Below, one piece after another: positions 35,537-39,690 of a DNA stretch of 39,690 bases. Position numbers and translations under genes: made by a program. The notes beneath the pieces were generated by a model, which was not told the DNA's origin, searched no databases, and was given only the letters and a program-made list of their open reading frames with translations. Source of the stretch: a virus (Duplodnaviria > Heunggongvirae > Uroviricota > Caudoviricetes). Every line of letters begins with the position of its first letter. Within the stretch, counting starts at the first letter, position 1. The DNA is taken from IMG/VR virus record IMGVR_UViG_2734482571_000007, one strand, 5' to 3'.

Positions 35537-37624
35537 TCAGGCCAGCGGATCACTTTCTTTTAATTTCGCTTCGAGCAGTTGCAATCCCCGCTGGAAATTA
35601 CGCTCGTATTCTTCATCAGGTTCATCGTCAGCGACCGGTTGCTGAACGGTCACCGTATTACCCACAGGGCGGTATATGTTTTCCAGCCAGGGCTCCTGCG
35701 GCTTGTGCTCCAGCACGTTGACAACCTCATCCTCGGCATCACGGATTTTTTCCTCTGCGCGTTTACGCATGCCTTTAAGGCGCTGCTGCTGTTTGTAGTA
35801 TTCCGCGCTGACAGGGAAGGCTTCGCGTTTATTGCCGTCCCATACCGCCTCGCAAATCACGCTGCCATCCGGGCGGCGCACGGTAATTCGTTCGGCATCA
35901 TGAATGTCATAGCTGATAAGTACCTTACGGCCATGCTCGTCACGCAGCTCGGGCGCGTAGTAAATATTATTCAGCCAGCGTATTTCACAGCGTCTTACAG
36001 GGCGCTCCACCATCGGCCGGAACATATCCCGCAGTTCAACATCGGACAGCCATTCAATTTCCGTGTCCTCTTCCGCCAGGCGTTTTTTTCTGAACTCCGC
36101 CGGGCTGTAATGTTTACCGTTCGGCTTCATGGGTAATTCATCGTGCGGCCGGTTGTTGTACCACTCAACACCGTCACGAATGGCATCAATCAGTTCAGAC
36201 CAGGACGGTAAATCACGCATCGCTGACTGCTGCCGGGCGTTCAGCCGTTTGCCCTGTTGCAGGGCACTGAATGCCGAGCGTAAATCGCGGTTGGTTTTAC
36301 GTAACGTCTCGCGATCTGCTCCTTTCCCGAAATAGGTGCGGTATTTACGGGCTATGCGCATCGGTAATGTGCGGTTAAGCCGTTCGATAATGCCCCGTCC
36401 CTGCGGATTACCGGCAATCCCTGTCGGGTGATTAATCCCCAGTCGTGGCAGTATCCCCACAATCTCCTTATCCAGGACGTCGGCGGTTTCCCCGGAGCCA
36501 TTATCCGAGTAATACAGAAACGGTTTGCCATGATGGCGAATACCGTGCTGTATGGCACCGGCTACGGCGAAAACATTTTCAGCCAGGTCAAGGCTCCAGC
36601 CCACCACAAAGCGCGTGCCACCGTCGATAACAAAGGTCACTTCCGGTGCGAATGGCCGCCCGTGAACCGGGTGCGCGCATTTCAGCTTCATGCCGTGACC
36701 GTCACCAATCCAGACATAATTCACCGGCATTCTGGACCAGTCGCGGCGCGTGAATCCCTCAAGCTGACGGTATTCACTGCCAGTTACCCGGCCTTTTTGT
36801 TTCACCACTTCCGGCAGTTTCTTCATTGCGCGGCGAATGGTGTCATAAGAGGGCATGATATCGAGCATATAAGGCTCATCAGCGTGCCGGTGCTGCCATT
36901 CAGCAACAAAATCCTCGTAAGCCTCGGTCATTGGTCGGCCGTTTGACTGGCGATACTGCGCCAGAAATTCGGGCAGCCAGTTAATATCTTCGGCTTTTAT
37001 TTCCTGGCGTTTACCCGGTGCCAGTAAAAGCAGGCGTTCAGCGGCGTTCTGTGCCTTGTTAAAGGCCGCAATCCAGCGTTTCAGCGTGATTTCACTCAAC
37101 GCGCGGCTGTTTCCCTTTTTGGCGTTCGCCGTCTCAACCATTGCCACAATGCGCTCGTCCAGTTGTGATCGTGCCAGGCTGTTAACGAGGAACCGGATAG
37201 CTTTAGCGCAGCTGAAACCGGGTTGTTGCGTGAATTTCAGCACCTCACTGACGATCGCAATGCGTGCGTCTGCCACCTGGCGCTGGTTTTCAGTCAGGGC
37301 ATTGAGGCGTTCGACCATCAGTTGTGGTGATCCGCGATATGCCTCCACCGCATCAACCACGGCAGACGAGCGTCTGGCCTTTGTCACCACCGGAGCCGGT
37401 GATTCATCGGCTTTTTGCGTCATCAGTTGCAGGGCATAACGTTCGCGTAATGCCTGCTGTGTCACTTCAGGTAAACAGTCAATGCTGTATTCAAAACCTT
37501 TAGCGCCTTTCTTGCGGCGTCTGCTGGTTTCGCTGGTTGCATACTTCCTGATTGAATAGCGAACGCCTTGCTCCGTTCCCGGCATCCCCGGTAATCCAAC
37601 CAGTTCTTTAACTGAAGCAAACAT
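35537..37624 (-). CDS. A: MuA-like DDE transposase
   Basis: 695 aa; N-terminus (LPGMP...GVRYSIRK) parallels MuA; position between ner and B. Confidence 0.9.
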   Translation of the reverse strand: MFASVKELVGLPGMPGTEQGVRYSIRKYATSETSRRRKKGAKGFEYSIDCLPEVTQQALRERYALQLMTQKADESPAPVVTKARRSSAVVDAVEAYRGSPQLMVERLNALTENQRQVADARIAIVSEVLKFTQQPGFSCAKAIRFLVNSLARSQLDERIVAMVETANAKKGNSRALSEITLKRWIAAFNKAQNAAERLLLLAPGKRQEIKAEDINWLPEFLAQYRQSNGRPMTEAYEDFVAEWQHRHADEPYMLDIMPSYDTIRRAMKKLPEVVKQKGRVTGSEYRQLEGFTRRDWSRMPVNYVWIGDGHGMKLKCAHPVHGRPFAPEVTFVIDGGTRFVVGWSLDLAENVFAVAGAIQHGIRHHGKPFLYYSDNGSGETADVLDKEIVGILPRLGINHPTGIAGNPQGRGIIERLNRTLPMRIARKYRTYFGKGADRETLRKTNRDLRSAFSALQQGKRLNARQQSAMRDLPSWSELIDAIRDGVEWYNNRPHDELPMKPNGKHYSPAEFRKKRLAEEDTEIEWLSDVELRDMFRPMVERPVRRCEIRWLNNIYYAPELRDEHGRKVLISYDIHDAERITVRRPDGSVICEAVWDGNKREAFPVSAEYYKQQQRLKGMRKRAEEKIRDAEDEVVNVLEHKPQEPWLENIYRPVGNTVTVQQPVADDEPDEEYERNFQRGLQLLEAKLKESDPLA

Positions 37625-37626
37625 AA

Positions 37627-37857
37627 TTACGCGACCTTACGAATGTAGCGGCTGGGCCAAATCTCCTCGGGCGGCACCCCCAGGCATTCCGCGATAATCC
37701 CCTCATACTTGGGAACATGGCGGTATACCGCGTTGTACAGATTGTTCTGACCCACGCCAGCTTTACGGGCCAGCGCCCTCATGCTTCCTTCTCTGGCTCT
37801 GACTTCCCCCAAAATTCTTTGAGGATGCCAATCAGGCTTAACTTCATTTCTCGCCAT
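37627..37857 (-). CDS. ner: Ner-like DNA-binding regulator
   Basis: 76 aa; DWHPQRI and IWPSRY motifs of the Ner/Nlp family; first gene of the early operon. Confidence 0.85.
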   Translation of the reverse strand: MARNEVKPDWHPQRILGEVRAREGSMRALARKAGVGQNNLYNAVYRHVPKYEGIIAECLGVPPEEIWPSRYIRKVA

Positions 37858-38042
37858 GATTCATCTATCCTAAAAAGTTACGAAATTTGATAACTAAACT
37901 TAGTTATCAAGTTTGATATAAGTATTGATCCACTTCTGCTTCATGTAAAGCAAAAAAAACATCTTTCTTTTGTCTATTGTGGATCAATGGTTGCTGACAA
38001 CACTAAAAGTTAATAATTTCAAATTGATAGGAAGAAAAGAAA
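37858..38042. promoter_or_regulatory. Divergent operator/promoter region between ner and c
   Basis: Perfect palindrome TTGATAACT-N6-AGTTATCAA (37887-37910); 10-bp inverted repeat ATTGATCCAC / GTGGATCAAT (37925-37934, 37979-37988), each holding a GATC; several TTGATA motifs. Confidence 0.55.
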
Positions 38043-38588
38043 ATGAACAAGCAAACAACAACATCTCTTTCTTTTCCTGGTGGTAGAAAAGAAAGCATTG
38101 CTGAGCGTCTGAAAAGGCTGATTGGCTCCCGCAGCGTCAGAGCTGCAGCAAGAGATTGGGGGCTTTCATTTTCAACACTAAACAATTATCTGTCTCGTGG
38201 CACTGAGCCATCCTTAAGTGTCGCCCTTCAGATTGCGTCTATCGAAGGAGTAAGTGTTGAGTGGCTATGTGGATTCAGTGATGCATCACAAGTGAATCGG
38301 TGTGAGATCAAGGAAAATCAAGATGAAAGCAAGAAGATAATTATGACGATTATCAGCGCACTTGATGAAAAAGACTTAGAGCAGCTATCGAAAAATTTGG
38401 TTCTGAATGGAGCCAAGTACTTAGCTCGGTTGTTAGAGCCTGAAAATCAAGATCTAATCCGCTTAGAAGGAAGGAAAAGAATAGCTGCATTACAGCTTGA
38501 AGGTATGTCTGACGAACGCGTCAGAGAGATTTTGGAAGAAACTGAGAGAAGTCGCAAATCTAACGCGGTAGAACCAAAAGCGGGTTAA
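38043..38588 (+). CDS. c: Mu c-like repressor
   Basis: 181 aa; divergent from ner-A-B as in Mu; helix-turn-helix-like N-terminus; own ribosome-binding site. Confidence 0.7.
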   Translation: MNKQTTTSLSFPGGRKESIAERLKRLIGSRSVRAAARDWGLSFSTLNNYLSRGTEPSLSVALQIASIEGVSVEWLCGFSDASQVNRCEIKENQDESKKIIMTIISALDEKDLEQLSKNLVLNGAKYLARLLEPENQDLIRLEGRKRIAALQLEGMSDERVREILEETERSRKSNAVEPKAG

Positions 38589-38608
38589 TAGCATTAGCCC
38601 GCATTTTG
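38580..38608 (+). terminator. Rho-independent terminator overlapping the c stop codon
   Basis: 7-bp stem GCGGGTT/AGCCCGC (one G-U pair), 9-nt loop, then ATTTTG. Confidence 0.5.
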
Positions 38609-38654
38609 CACTATATCGAGTATTTCGCATTGTTTGGAACGCCTTAAAAGACTA

Positions 38655-38824
38655 AAACCACAGTATCAAATGAGTTGCCGATTTTATAATAAATGACTAA
38701 TTATTGCACAATCGGTATCAAATAGACCTTATCCGCACATCTAGCCATCACCTGTTTTATTTCAGTATCTTACAGGTGATTTCACCTCCTTTCACTAAAC
38801 CCCTTGTCGGTATCAAATGATTCA
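38655..38824. repeat. Prophage left-end transposase-binding repeats (three copies of the GGTATCAAAT core at 38661-38670, 38711-38722, 38807-38820)
   Basis: Inverted copies of the repeat at 212-295; inward-reading consensus GAWTYWTTTGATACCGA at both extremes. Confidence 0.6.
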
Positions 38825-39145
38825 CCTGGTTATATGTCGCCAGTCGATACCTTCCAGCAGCATCGCCAGCTGCGCCTGTGTAAGGAACACTTTGCCATCA
38901 CGGGCTGACGGCCAGGCGAAGCGCCCACGCTCCAGCCGTTTGGTCAGGAGGCACAGTCCGTCACTGGTGGACCACAGCAGTTTAACCTGACTGCCGCTGC
39001 GGCCCCGGAAAATGAAAACATGGCCGGACATGGGATCGTCTTTCAGCGCCGTCTGTACTTTCGCAGCCAGGCCGTTGAAGCCATTTCTCATATCGGTGAT
39101 ACCGGCAACCAGCCAAATTTTGATCCCGGAAGGTAACGGGATCAT
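38822..39145 (-). CDS. tnpB: IS66-family TnpB (Orf2)
   Basis: IWLVAGITDMRNGFNGLAAKVQ...FIFRGRSGSQVKLLW...GLCLLTKRLERGRFAWP matches the IS66 Orf2 pattern. Confidence 0.85.
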   Translation of the reverse strand: MIPLPSGIKIWLVAGITDMRNGFNGLAAKVQTALKDDPMSGHVFIFRGRSGSQVKLLWSTSDGLCLLTKRLERGRFAWPSARDGKVFLTQAQLAMLLEGIDWRHITR

Positions 39146-39543
39146 CGCTTCAGTTCCTGTATCAGCAGAGTCAGGAGCTTTTCGCTGACATTGCCATTGA
39201 AGCGGAGCGTCCCGTGCCGGAACGTTACCTCACAGCTGATACTGAGGGTTTTCGGGTCCTCTGCGAGCGATTCTGGCTGTTCGGCAGCTGCATCGAGAGT
39301 CACAGGAAGTAGCTGGGGGCTCTCTGAAGAAGGTAATAGCAGCTTTCCCTCGCGCCATTGTTGTCGCCATTTGAACAACAGATTGGCGTTAATGCCATTT
39401 TCAAGAGCAAGTTTTGAGATGGATATCCCGGGTTCACAGGAGGCAGCAACGAGCTGCTGTTTAAATTCGGGAGGATAATTAGGGCAGCCTTTTCGCCTGC
39501 CGGGAGTCACATTTTTCTGCATATCTGACACTTTGGTTCCCAC
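39142..39543 (-). CDS. tnpA: IS66-family TnpA (Orf1)
   Basis: GISISKLALENGINANLLFKWRQQW motif; overlaps the tnpB start. Confidence 0.8.
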   Translation of the reverse strand: MGTKVSDMQKNVTPGRRKGCPNYPPEFKQQLVAASCEPGISISKLALENGINANLLFKWRQQWREGKLLLPSSESPQLLPVTLDAAAEQPESLAEDPKTLSISCEVTFRHGTLRFNGNVSEKLLTLLIQELKR

Positions 39544-39607
39544 TACTTATTTGGTGGACACCACTTTGTCTAATTCGTCAGATTCTGACCAGACGGTTCA
39601 GGCTGCT

Positions 39608-39690
39608 GGTGATGCTGCCAACTTACTGATTTAGTGTATGATGGTGTTTTTGAGGTGCTCCAGTGGCTTCTGTTTCTATCAGCTGTCCCT
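39608..39690 (+). mobile_element. insA: IS1 left end (terminal inverted repeat GGTGATGCTGCCAACTTACTGAT; insA GTG start at 39663), continues past the window
   Basis: Sequence matches the IS1 left terminus and the start of insA (MASVSISCP) as recalled. Confidence 0.8.

Larger units (their letters stand above)
212..38824 (-). mobile_element. Mu-like transposable prophage, inverted relative to the window; ends approximate
   Basis: Complete Mu-like gene order (c, ner, A, B, gam, gemA, mor/C, lys, terminase, portal, F, G, I, T, sheath, tube, tape measure, N, P, baseplate, S, invertible segment, gin, com, mom) bounded by inverted copies of a TTTGATACCG-type repeat. Confidence 0.85.

Noticed and set aside
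38807-38826. TGATTCAC at the prophage edge resembling the start of the Mu L1 site
   Set aside because: The match does not extend beyond 8 bp; the real end signal here is the TTTGATACCG-type repeat.
1-39690. CRISPR arrays, integrase or recombinase other than gin, reverse transcriptase
   Set aside because: No regularly spaced direct repeats and no such ORFs seen; the prophage is transposable (A/B) and needs no integrase.

Overview
The window is almost entirely one Mu-like transposable prophage (about 38.6 kb, roughly 212..38824), lying inverted so that nearly all phage genes are on the minus strand. It is flanked on both sides by pieces of an IS66-family element (tnpA-tnpB at 38822..39543, putative tnpC start at 1..111) and the left end of IS1 begins at 39608. 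Reading the minus strand from right to left the order is Mu-like: repressor c (plus strand), ner, transposase A, B, a semi-essential early region (Gam, GemA-like, many small ORFs), a Mor/C-family activator, the lysis cassette, terminase, portal, head, tail and baseplate genes, tail fibre with a Gin-invertible segment, gin, then com-mom. Departures from the Mu plan are the main points of interest: a 3 kb cargo block between gin and com (a sialate-O-acetylesterase-like SGNH protein plus a small two-gene operon with a divergent candidate sRNA), an AT-rich island in the early region, a short invertible segment with only one tail-fibre assembly gene, and a tRNA-like element between head genes F and G. 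All calls rest on motif recognition and gene order read from the sequence; no database search was run, and the prophage ends are approximate.
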